Part shown: positions 25,008-36,458 of the stretch, piece after piece
Position numbering within the stretch: position 1 is the stretch's first letter
Layout: every line of letters starts with the position of its first letter
NCBI RefSeq assembly: GCF_001194135.2
Contig: NC_068982.1
Span: 95,121,667-95,165,742, forward strand
Length of the DNA: 44,076 nt
Origin: Octopus bimaculoides
Lineage: Eukaryota
Reading direction: 5' to 3'
Program-made: the position numbers and the translations under genes
Notes under the pieces: model-generated
Seen by the model: the letters and a program-made list of their open reading frames with translations, nothing else
What the model was told of the DNA's origin: nothing
Database searches by the model: none

Positions 25008-25215
25008 TTTCATTCTTTTTCTTGTTTCAGTCATTTGTCTGCAGCCATGCTGGAGCACCACCTTTAGTCGACCATATCGACCCCAAGACTTATTCTTTGT
25101 AACCCTAGTACTTATTCTATGGGTCTCTTTTGCCGAACCGCTAAGTTACGGGGACGTAAATACGCCAACATCGGTTGTCAAGTGATGATGGGGGACAAAC
25201 ACAGACGCACACACA
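25003..25215 (-). mobile_element. SINE family B, 3' half (5' part lost in the adjacent gap)
   Basis: The reverse complement aligns with 1990-2186 and ends ggtggtgctccagcatggctgcagacaaatgactgaaacaagaaaaagaat. Confidence 0.88.
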
Positions 25216-25790
25216 AATATATACATACATANNNNNNNNNNNNNNNNNNNNNNNNNNNNNNNNNNNNNNNNNNNNNNNNNNNNNNNNNNNNNNNNNNNNN
25301 NNNNNNNNNNNNNNNNNNNNNNNNNNNNNNNNNNNNNNNNNNNNNNNNNNNNNNNNNNNNNNNNNNNNNNNNNNNNNNNNNNNNNNNNNNNNNNNNNNNN
25401 NNNNNNNNNNNNNNNNNNNNNNNNNNNNNNNNNNNNNNNNNNNNNNNNNNNNNNNNNNNNNNNNNNNNNNNNNNNNNNNNNNNNNNNNNNNNNNNNNNNN
25501 NNNNNNNNNNNNNNTGTTAATATATATATAATATATATATATATATAGGCGCAGGAATTTAAAAGTGTGTGTGTTAATATATATATAATATATATATATA
25601 TATAGGCGCAGGAATTTAAAAGTGTGTGTGTTAATTCACTTAGGAACTTTGGCGTCAGTGACTGCCCGAATTCTTCATGGTATTAGACGAAACCAGCAGA
25701 CACTATTCATGCGTAATGGCGTAACATTTCGTTTCAATAGTAGAATTCCGTCCCACGTACGATGCAAGTTAGACATTTTACTTTTATCTA

Positions 25791-25985
25791 TGACGGGGTA
25801 CTGAAAGGGTATCGCGAAAGGCCTGGTTGGAGGCCCAATCTTCCAAGTTTTTTTACAGGGCTTAGAAAAACTGAAGGGCCTCTGCAATAAGAGTGTGAAT
25901 CAGAGAGGGGAATATATTGAATAAAATCATATTAGCTGATCCTTTTGTATTTTCTTTTACCCACAAACCGTCGCACTTTCTATTG
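25791..25985. mobile_element. Second, more decayed copy of the mariner MITE, in opposite orientation
   Basis: aagggtatcgcgaaaggcctggttggaggcccaatcttccaagttttttacagggcttagaaaaactgaagg... aligns with the reverse complement of 17470-17640. The left TIR has an internal deletion. Confidence 0.85.
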
Positions 25986-26214
25986 TTCTGTGATGAGGTT
26001 CAGTTCAAGGGAGTTTCTTGGCCAAAAGGCAATGTGTAACGACCAAAAAGCCAGGAATTGGATTGATTTTTTCCCTTTATTTTCAGATGACAATTTGTTT
26101 CTGCAAGGTGAATTCTACACTATCAAATAGTTTGTCGGTTGCTGGATGTATAGATTCCGACAACATCACTAGGTACACCGTCCCTTTACTGTGATTTCAG
26201 GGAAATAATGGTCT

Positions 26215-26269
<55 letters not shown>

Positions 26270-26385
26270 TACAGTTAGTACACTGCAGCAATGCTGGGAC
26301 AATGGTTTGAGGTGTTCTACCGAACCACTATATTACGTAACCAAACCAAACACCGGTAACTAAGTGGTGGGACATCTTCACGTAC

Positions 26386-26557
26386 TTTAGAGGCTCCTTA
26401 TGCACCTGAATATGAGATGGTGCACTGTATCGCAGCCTAGGTAAATCTGGCAAAATGGCATCAGGAGTCTTGTCAACAGGATTGAGAACCTGTTCATCGA
26501 AATCAACCTCAAACAAATATAATTTCCTTTCAAGATTTTGTTTGTGAAGAATGCGAA
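26386..26557 (-). CDS. Candidate internal exon of an unidentified host gene
   Basis: Acceptor gtgctttttttacaaatcag| and donor aa|gtacgt bound 172 nt, open as (V)RILHKQNLERKLYLFEVDFDEQVLNPVDKTPDAILPDLPRLRYSAPSHIQVHKEPL. An in-frame stop lies just upstream of the acceptor. No homolog recognised. Confidence 0.35.
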
Positions 26558-26661
26558 CTGATTTGTAAAAAAAGCACGTCTAGTGCTTTACAGAAGACAC
26601 AAATATTAAAATATGGAGTAAATAAAAGTTATTTGGCACTTACGCATCAAAAACGATGAGT

Positions 26662-26738
<77 letters not shown>

Positions 26739-26844
26739 GCATATATACCTACCCACCTACCTATCTACCTCCCTACATGCATACATACATACGCACACAT
26801 ATATACATACATACATGCATACATACACACATACATTCATTCGT

Positions 26845-29800
26845 TCGAATTGACAAATCGCGTATTTGGTGTGGGAGACTATTTACCAGAAATACGATGA
26901 ATATTATCTTCAGCCTTGGAGCCAAAACTACCAGGCTTGTTAAATAACTAGTTAATCTTCAGATGAATTAACTGAGCGAGCCTTTAATTCACGATCGCAG
27001 TGAGGTTTGTTTGAAACTTGAATTTAGCATTAACAAACATCATGGCTGAACACAACATCAACAATAACACAACAGAAGGAACAGAACGAAAACAACAGCT
27101 CAACAGGTAAATAAATGTTTTCTAGCTGTAGTTATAGAAAAAACCTTAATTACAAACTTCATTTCCCTTGGAATTATGAACTGAATACTGATCTATTTAA
27201 CTGCTACAAAAAAGCGAAACAAATCTCCGCTGTTGGCTACATGAATCGATTGAAGCCATATTATAATAATGAGCATCAAGTATTAAGTCATTTTATAGGC
27301 ATCATTTGTAGACCATAGGAAGAAGTTTAGTAACTGTAACTTTCTTAAGAATTCGAAAATTAACCTTCTTCCGATCTCTATAAACAAGAACGAAAACGTG
27401 AATGATATAAGACCACCACATGGTTTCACAGCTAGCGACATTCCAACAGATTCCATGGTGCCTGCCAGCCAAACTACATTACTGACTCAAATAACTGACC
27501 ACTGTCTCTCTATTGCGTCTATGGTAAATAGCAGGCATCTGGCTTGATTATTGGATATTGGTACAAGAATCTCATGTTCTACCGATCATATTTTATCAAT
27601 CTGTACCAGCAAACTCTCATTGGAAACAGTAGCTCTAGCAGAGACAAAACTGATCACCAAATGCAGAACCACACACATGGCAAAAAAACTACCGGTCAAT
27701 TCCATGCCAGAGCTTAATGTATAAGATATATACAGTATGTTTAAACCTCTTCTTCCAGGACCATTGTGAAACCAATGACATCATCACAGCAGAACAAACA
27801 GCTAGGGAAAAGGGAGCCTGGGGATGTACTGAGTCATTGTTAATCAGCAAAACTATGATGTCAGAGGTGCGAGAACATAGGCGGACTCTAGTTTCAATGG
27901 AGCAAGACGCCTCCACTCATGGATGCTAGAAGCCCTTCAACTTCCAGTGAGCATAGTCAAAGCCATAGCTGACCGGACTTCATCGTGGACCACCATCTTG
28001 AAATTAAACAAAAAGAGTGGCTACATTATCACTGATACAATACAGCATAGCAAAGGCATATTCCAAAGGGACAGCCTCAATGTGATGTTTATGATTTCTG
28101 TAATCCCCTTGTCATTCATGTTAAGGAAGTCTGAAGGATATCTCACTGGTTCACAAGGAAATATAAATACTAAAACTACACACTGTTTCTTTATGGATGA
28201 CTTAAAACTTAATGCAAATAATATGCATGAGATGAATGAGAGCATTGATCTAGTTACAACGTTCTTAAAGGATGTAGGGTTGGAGTTTGGTCACGATAAA
28301 TGTTGTTATACAGTTGTGCAGATGGGGAAACTATAAACCCGACTAGTAACATCTTCATCAATGATTTGACTGTTTCCCCTATATCTCACGAAGAATGTTA
28401 CAGGTATCTAGGAGTGGATGAAAATATATCATACAATGGCACCTATAACAAAACACGTCTCGCTATAGAATATTACAGCCGAATAAAGAAAATTTGGATC
28501 TCAGAACTATCTGCATTCAATAAAACGGTGGCCCAAAATGTGTTTGCAGCACCAGTACTCATATCGACATTTGGGCTGCTTGACTGGCCGCTTGATGAGA
28601 TCCGAGCCATTGATGTAAAAACCCGAAAAATACTAACAAGCATACATAATTTCCACATAAACAGTGACGTAGACCATATCTACTTTAAACGAAAACTAGG
28701 CGGCAGAGGATTAACATCGATCCAAAATTCCTTTGAATGTCGCATCATATCCATTCGGAAAACATCTTTTAACCACCAAGTGTCGAAGTGTATTCCTTGT
28801 CTAAGTTTGCATACATGAGGCTGATAACATCATAAGATTTGGAAGGCAGCTCCTTGAGCAATATTGTTTGTCTGATAGCCTAGAAATTATGTCCAAAAAG
28901 TCGCACGACTTTACCGCAAAGTATCATCAGATGAAAGGATGATCCTATATGAGCAGAAATATATGGATACGTTAGTAGAAAGCTCTGAGATGATAATAAC
29001 ATCGATCATCAAAGTGGTTTATCATGGACCAGTAGCCAGATTACAAACTCCCACTTTGGAGGGTATGCGTTTACAATCCGGGAAAGGGAAGTAACAACTA
29101 ATACCTGATGCACAAAAGGGATAGAGATGCAAGAAAAGCAGGAAAATGTGGCAACCGATGCAGACTTTGTGGAGTTAACACCGAAGGTATGACCCACATC
29201 ATAAGCAGCTGTCCGAAAAAGTCATCACAGTATTATCTACTGATGTTATAGCTAGGACACTCGATAATGAAATCCGTCGAAAGGACAACCACATGGACAA
29301 AGGAACAAGAACCCACAGTACGGTAGAAGACATAGCCACTCATAATAAAAAAGAGTGCTGGTGGAATGTCCCGGTGAAAATCTAAATAAAATGTAAGCAC
29401 AACAGACCTGATAGGGATAGGGAAGAGAAACTGTGAACAACTATGGAAATTAGCTGCCCAGCAGATGTTACCATAAAGCTGAAGATCAGTGAAAAAGAGA
29501 ATACATACGCTGAGAAATCTGCAGTTACTCTATCCAGATTACAAGTTCAGATTTATAGTTGTTATTATTAGAACCCTGGGATATGTAACACACTGCCTAA
29601 ATACCAATCTTGAGAAACTAGGCTTCTGAAAACCAGAAAGGCGAAGCTAATTCGAAGACTAAAAATCCAGTCCATCACTGGAAATGTAAAAATCTGTAAA
29701 TTTCTCCAGACATTTACCATTTAAATATACATGAGTATGTCTAGATATGCAGCTATAAGCATGAGAATACATACATAAAGCAAAACATACACTTCTGCAC

Positions 29801-29955
29801 ATATACGTACATACTTACATACATACAAACAAAAATACTCCGTTGTTGATGTTGAAACTACAATGGAGTCTTGAATCAATGTTAGAAACTGGTGTTTTGC
29901 CTTTTGGCAAGAAATCTTGAAATAAAACTGAAAAATAACATACATACATACATAC
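26845..29955 (+). mobile_element. R4/Dong-clade (RLE) non-LTR retrotransposon, decayed, apparently retaining its 5' end
   Basis: N-terminus WNYELNTDLFNCY....GYMNRLK. RT: KNYRSIPC..LMYKIYT, EQ...GAWGC.ESLLISK, GIFQRDSL, THCFFMDDLKL, YRYLGVDE, YFKRKLGGRGL. CX2CX8HX4C knuckle CRLCGVNTEGMTHIISSC at 29159-29212. RLE motif KHNRPD...EISCP. Confidence 0.92.
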
Positions 29956-29989
29956 ATGCATATTTGAATTACTTGCAGTTGGCGATTTC

Positions 29990-30150
29990 TTTTCCGAGTT
30001 TAGACTTTTGCCTTTCTCCTTCCCAACGAAGCACGATACTCGAAACGTCAGAAGCTTTTTACTGAACGCCAAACTAATAATACATTCTTTATGCACGTCC
30101 TCTTGGTTTTTCTGTTGTAAATTTTACTGTTCATTTATTTCAGTTGACTA
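29990..30150 (+). repeat. Short repeat with a hammerhead-like remnant (possible Penelope terminal fragment)
   Basis: cttcCCAACGAAgcacgatactCGAAACGTCagaag at 30019-30054. The core differs from CTGACGA by two transitions. Confidence 0.35.
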
Positions 30151-30399
30151 TATATGTATATGTATATATACATACATGTGTATGTATGTGTGTGTGCGTG
30201 AGTGTATGTGCATGCGTGTTCGCGTGTGTGTGGTGTGTGTTTTAAGATTTCCCTAAGCATAGCAATACTAATAGCCTGGTATTAGAACTCAACATGCATA
30301 TACTTCAGGACGAAGCTTTTGATGAGTACAGACCATATGTATGTATGTATGTATGTATGTAAGTATGCATGTATGCATGTAATGTATGTATATATGTAT

Positions 30400-32230
30400 G
30401 TACATTTTCTTCTCTTTTTAATTATTTAAATTCTTCATTTGAGAAAGCAGTTGGTTTCTGACAAAGATACAAAGCGTCATCGTTGAAACGTAGATACCAA
30501 AATCAATGTCACATTTTAAACTTGAGAAAAGCGTGGCTTATTTTTAAAGTTCCCTTACAGATTGTATTTGTATGTATGAGATAGTTGGTTGATATCTCTT
30601 TTCCTGAAAACCATAGCTTAGGCAATTACTGCCAATAGCAAGTACACTAGTTACTATTGTTTCAATGTGAATTTTAAAAATCTGGGTATAGAAGCTGCAA
30701 GTTTCGAAGCAAATGTCCAGCAGTTTTCTTTCTCTTCGATTTTCAAAGAGATATTCACATAAGAAGGACAACTAATCTCTATGAGGGTGCATGCTTTTCC
30801 GAAAGAACAACGTCCAGCATATTCTATTAACACTTGATAGATGTTTTTATGGGAATGGTCCACCAGTACTCCACGCGTTGATGTTTGTATGAATTCAATA
30901 ACAGAAGGACTCTCTATGTTTGTTCCAGGATAGTCTTTGTTGTGAATGGCATCGTATATTGTTTTCGAGACTACATAGTGTCGCATAGAGAGGTAGTACC
31001 TTGATGACATTTTGGGAAGCTATTCATCACATGTGTGATATCTTGCAGAAAAAAATATGACACGATCTGCCATTACTGTTGGAACTTGGAACTCCTAAGG
31101 TTTCACTGTCTCTTTTGTTGATTAGGTATTTAGAAGCAATTTCCTGTTCTTGGATTGCAGATACGTAGCCTTCGAAGAGTGATGTGATATAGCGGTCACG
31201 AATCCAAAAGAGGCTCCACTTCATATTGATACTACTGTCTTCTTGACGTCTTCGAGAAACATAGCCAGGCATAGTCACTTTTTGTTATGTTGAACATTTC
31301 ACTTGCAGTTCTTCCTTGATGTATGTTAGTCCGGTTGCTTGGAGTTGTATTGTGGTCATCAGGAAGAGGGTGCTTCATGAGGAGTTCGCAACCGACATGA
31401 GGAATCTTGTTCTCTTTACTTTTCAGCAAAATGCTAATGTGTTTATTGTTACAACTGTTGCTTTGCAAGTGCTATTCAAGAGAGACTCTACGATATTCGA
31501 AGGCTGTTTGCACTGTTCTCAAACCTCTACCTCCTTCTCTTCTTCATTAGAGACTGTCGATATCACAATTTCCGTGAGGACGTCCAGTTTATGTCAGTAT
31601 TTTGTGGATGTAACGTATATGGAGTGGATTTGCTCTACAGACCAGTGAAGTATCCCAAATTTCGGAATCAGCACTGGTACTGCAAACGCATTGTGGAATT
31701 GTCTTGTTGTGAGAGGAGAGTTCGGACTGTCATATTTTTCTAAGTCTTGGTATAATATTCTTGAGTCACATTATCTTATCTCACAGCACCTTCTAATATG
31801 TTTTCATCAATATCTAGGTACTTGTAGTATTCTTTGTAAGGGACGGGAGAGATAATGAGACCATTGATGCACAGTCTTTCGGGTATGGAGGTCTTATTTT
31901 CCCCTTTCATCAATCAAATTTGAAGTTTTCCTTTGACAAAATTCCATTCCTATATCAGCTGAAAATGTTATTTTTAATTCCAGCTGTATCTTTTTTTTTT
32001 TTTTTGCATTATCATTATTAGCATAAATCTTAGGTCATCCACAAAGAAATTATTGGTTACATTAATATCTCTAACAGTTGCTGACCCTAGCATGTATCTT
32101 TTTTTTTTTTTTGTACCAGAAATGATAATGGGTTTAACGCTAAAATGAACAAACATACTTATACCTTTGGAGACGAGTGTAAGAATTGCTGCCCAGGTCT
32201 TTATTAGCCCCTCAATAGTTGCATACATGT
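30400..32230 (-). mobile_element. Second R4/Dong-clade LINE, 5'-truncated, opposite orientation
   Basis: Minus strand: NNFFVDDLRF, TFS.DIGMEF, YYKYLDIDENI, SLFEGYVSAIQEQEIASKYLI, YLSMRHYVVSKTIY, TLIEISCPSYVNISLKIEEKE. Confidence 0.88.
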
Positions 32231-33515
32231 ATGTATGTACGTACATATGCATGCACGCATGCTTGTATGCATGTATGTATGTATGCATGTATATACATAT
32301 GTATGTTATACTTTTACAATGAGGGGGGAGGTAGGGACTTCTAAATTACAGCCTGCTAGTCTTCGTTGGACTGTCCGACTAAGGCTATTACGCCTAAACT
32401 TCGACGTCACTGTCTTATAAAAATTATGATGTGTACTCCCAAAGAAGTCTTGAGTAATTCCTCAGTTTAATGTTAAAACAAACATTAACACACACTCACA
32501 TATACATATACTCATACATTCACACATCATTACATATATACATAAATGCATACATGCATACATACATACATACATACATACATACATGGAAAATATTTTG
32601 ATATTGTCATTCCAATTCCGCCTTTGACTGACATCAAAATCACTTTCTACTTTTTCATTGGAAAAATTTCAATTTTATAGTCTAGTAAATGTATTGAGTG
32701 CTCACTTAGTTTATAAGTCATTTGGTTCATGCATGAGCGTGTAGGAAGCACATGCATCACTGCATACATTTGCGAATGTGTGTGTGCGTGTGCACGCGAG
32801 TGCGTGTATGTATGTGTTTGTATACATACATACATACATACATACATACANNNNNNNNNNNNNNNNNNNNNNNNNNNNNNNNNNNNNNNNNNNNNNNNNN
32901 NNNNNNNNNNNNNNNNNNNNNNNNNNNNNNNNNNNNNNNNNNNNNNNNNNNNNNNNNTATATATATATATATGAAATATGAAAGACGCAAAGTGAGGGAG
33001 GTATGTGCAGATAAGCAGCCACATAAGGAGTAACAAAGACATCTAAGCTAAGCCAAGAGTGTAAAAATGATGGTAAGTTTAAATCTGGTAGAGACAGATA
33101 TAACCTCCACATGGGGATACTGTGAAAGAGAAAATGACTGAAAAGATAACAAAACCAGAGAAACGTGCGTGTGTTTGTGTGTGGTGTGATTACATGTGTG
33201 TGTGCCAGTGCGTGTGACAAGGTGGGTGGAGGGAGTGTAGTTGATATAATTGCAAAAGTGGAAGTGTCTAGCGAAAAAGAGTGACAATGAAAAAAGAAGA
33301 TATACACATCGTTGAACATAAGCAGTTAGAGGGGTTTTGCACGCAGAACAAAAGCTGGCAACTGCTCTTCGTATTCCGTTGATATAAAATTCTGTATTTG
33401 AATATTTCATATAAAATATTTCCCCATATATAACATCGGTAATGGTACATTAGAGAAAACATAAAATACAAGAAATTATTTATTGATAGCTATCACATTA
33501 GAGTGGTGAATTACA

Positions 33516-33605
33516 GAATCGAGAGATTTGCCTAGAAAATGGTTTGCAATATTTTGTTACGTCTCTTTGTATTCTGAGTTAAATCTCACCTAGGTTGATT
33601 ACAGC
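33516..33605 (+). mobile_element. Highly diverged SINE family C 5' fragment
   Basis: aaaatggtttgcaatattttg...attctgagttaaatctcacctaggttgatt resembles 41398-41470 (aaaatgcttagcgacattt...ttctgctttcaaattccaccgaggtagactt). Confidence 0.5.
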
Positions 33606-34011
33606 AGTCATTGCTCCCAGTTCGAGAAAGTGAGATCAAATCCAGTACACAACGATTTTGTCCATTACTCTTCATGGTTGGATATCATTAATGAAGAAGC
33701 GGCATTTTATATAAATAATTATGTCCTGCCCCAAAAACATTTGAAACCTTCTCCCTTTAATTGTAGTCATTACGAATTGGTTTAAACAGAGCGTTAGATA
33801 TTCAGAATCAACAGACTACGAATGAAATGTTTTATGATATTTAGTTTCGTATATCTTTGAACGTTTTATCAAACAATTGCCAAAAACTAGCACATTGTTA
33901 TTAATTTTTTCCAGAGCATTGATCCAATCGGAACGATTCCGATTGAGAGACGCTAGAGTCTTTAAATGGACGTAAAAATTGTCATTAACACACACTCACA
34001 CACTCACACAT

Positions 34012-34042
<31 letters not shown>

Positions 34043-34155
34043 TATACATATACACATGAATTTACACATACATACATAGATATATACATACATATATATA
34101 TGTTCATCCATCCATCCAACCAACCATACATACAAACATACGCACAGACACACAC

Positions 34156-34195
<40 letters not shown>

Positions 34196-34624
34196 ACACA
34201 CACACACACATACAAACTAAGGCAGAATAAATACTTCAATATATTTTGTTGCAGCGCTCCCAACGATGGGTAATTTTTCACTGAATCCTGATTTCAACTT
34301 TCACATCTGTCTATCTATCTCTCTCTCTCTCTCCNNNNNNNNNNNNNNNNNNNNNNNNNNNNNNNNNNNNNNNNNNNNNNNNNNNNNNNNNNNNNNNNNN
34401 NNNNNNNNNNNNNNNNNNNNNNNNNNNNNNNNNNNNNNNNNNNNNNNNNNNNNNNNNNNNNNNNNNNNNNNNNNNNNNNNNNNNNNNNNNNNNNNNNNNN
34501 NNNNNNNNNNNNNNNNNNNNNNNNNNNNNNNNNNNNNNNNNNATATATATATATATATATACCTATCTATCTATTACTCTGTCTGTCGCTCTGTCTGTTT
34601 CTTTGCCTGTCTGTACACACACAT

Positions 34625-34655
<31 letters not shown>

Positions 34656-34659
<4 letters not shown>

Positions 34660-35345
34660 GTGCGGGGAATAAATTTTCGTCTAAATTGTGTGAAAAGGAA
34701 AATAGCACTGATATCTCATTTTAACAGATATATTTACCAATGTTACATACAAATATCTTGAAATACATTTATTCAATAAAGAAGTACATTTATTCAATAA
34801 AATCGCCATTACCTTCAACCAGGGCCTCCAGACGACTTCGGAATCTCCTGCAACCCCTTTGGAAGTCTTCTCGTTTCACTTTAATACTGCCATATTCCTT
34901 GCCTTCAGTTAATCTTTGGTGTTACAAGGAGTTTTGTTGGTCTCTTGCTCCACTACGTCCCACACATAATAATCAAGGGTTTGCAGTCTTGGGAGTTAGG
35001 TGGCCAGATATTAGGTGTGATGTGGTCGCTGAAATTATCTCACAGCCATCATTGGGTTCTCCTGCTTGTGTTGCATGGTGCAGAGTCTTGTTGACAGACG
35101 TAGAGTCATCCAGCAGCCATTCTCCTGACACATGGCAGCCCTACCTCCTCAAGGCGCTTGCTGTAGGCATGCATGTTGCGTCTGTGACCGTTTGGGAAGA
35201 TGAATAGAAGCATAATGTCACCATCACTACTGATCCCTCCAAGCACCATAATGTTGACTGGTTGTTTGATTTTTATCACTGTCGGTACATGTCCTCTGTT
35301 TGCACTGTTCTCAGACTGACAACCAAACACTCTGAAATGTTTGTA
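34656..35345 (-). mobile_element. maT (DD37D) Tc1/mariner-superfamily transposon, C-terminal catalytic half plus terminal TIR
   Basis: The terminus begins CAGGGTG at 34656. Minus strand: IMVLGGISSDG, QQDSAPCNTSRRTQ*WL*DNFSDHITPNIWPPNSQDC.PLDYYVW. There are 37 residues between the 2nd and 3rd Asp after correcting a 1-nt deletion. Confidence 0.88.
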
Positions 35346-35399
35346 TGCGAGCGTTCTGCGCGACTGCCAAACAGTATAGCATGTCCATTATTTATATTA

Positions 35400-35525
35400 T
35401 TTACATTTGAGGGATATTTGTCCTCATCTTGTTTGTTGTTAGCACAACGTTTCGACTGATATACCCTCCGGCATTCGTTGGTGTCTTGGAGAAATTTCGA
35501 ACTTCGGTTCTCATTCCTAAGGTTA
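35400..35525 (-). repeat. Short repeat abutting an (AAT)n tract, with a hammerhead-like remnant
   Basis: Minus strand: agacaCCAACGAAtgccggagggtatatcagtCGAAACGTTgtgct (plus-strand 35441-35486). Confidence 0.4.
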
Positions 35526-35536
35526 TTATTATTATG

Positions 35537-35574
<38 letters not shown>

Positions 35575-35626
35575 TACTATTCCTGTCACTGGCCTGAATA
35601 ATAATAATAATAATATTAATAATAAT

Positions 35627-35710
<84 letters not shown>

Positions 35711-36458
35711 NNNNNNNNNNNNNNNNNNNNNNNNNNNNNNNNNNNNNNNNNNNNNNNNNNNNNNNNNNNNNNNNNNNNNNNNNNNNNNNNNNNNNNNNNN
35801 NNNNNNNNNNNNNNNNNNNNNNNNNNNNNNNNNNNNNNNNNNNNNNNNNNNNNNNNNNNNNNNNNNNNNNNNNNNNNNNNNNNNNNNNNNNNNNNNNNNN
35901 NNNNNNNNNNNNNNNNNNNNNNNNNNNNNNNNNNNNNNNNNNNNNNNNNNNNNNNNNNNNNNNNNNNNNNNNNNNNNNNNNNNNNNNNNNNNNNNNNNNN
36001 NNNNNNNNNNNNNNNNNNNNNNNNNNNNNNNNNNNNNNNNNNNNNNNNNNNNNNNNNNNNNNNNNNNNNNNNNNNNNNNNNNNNNNNNNNNNNNNNNNNN
36101 NNNNNNNNNNNNNNNNNNNNNNNNNNNNNNNNNNNNNNNNNNNNNNNNNNNNNNNNNNNNNNNNNNNNNNNNNNNNNNNNNNNNNNNNNNNNNNNNNNNN
36201 NNNNNNNNNNNNNNNNNNNNNNNNNNNNNNNNNNNNNNNNNNNNNNNNNNNNNNNNNNNNNNNNNNNNNNNNNNNNNNNNNNNNNNNNNNNNNNNNNNNN
36301 NNNNNNNNNNNNNNNNNNNNNNNNNNNNNNNNNNNNNNNNNNNNNNNNNNNNNNNNNNNNNNNNNNNNNNNNNNNNNNNNNNNNNNNNNNNNNNNNNNNN
36401 NNNNNNNNNNNNNNNNNNNNNNNNNNNNNNNNNNNNNNNNNNNNNNNNNNNNNNNNNN
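35711..36458. other. Largest assembly gap (N run); about 10 other gaps, nearly all flanked by microsatellites
   Basis: N runs are directly visible. ORFs crossing them in the supplied track are artefacts. Confidence 0.99.

Noticed and set aside
25515-25634. Exact 57-bp direct duplication
   Set aside because: It starts exactly at a gap edge and the copies are identical, so it is most likely a scaffolding overlap artefact.
26420-26470. KTPDAILPD resembling the cysteine-synthase C-terminal KT..AILPD
   Set aside because: A short match noticed only after forming the CBS hypothesis. The intervening GxSSG motif is absent.
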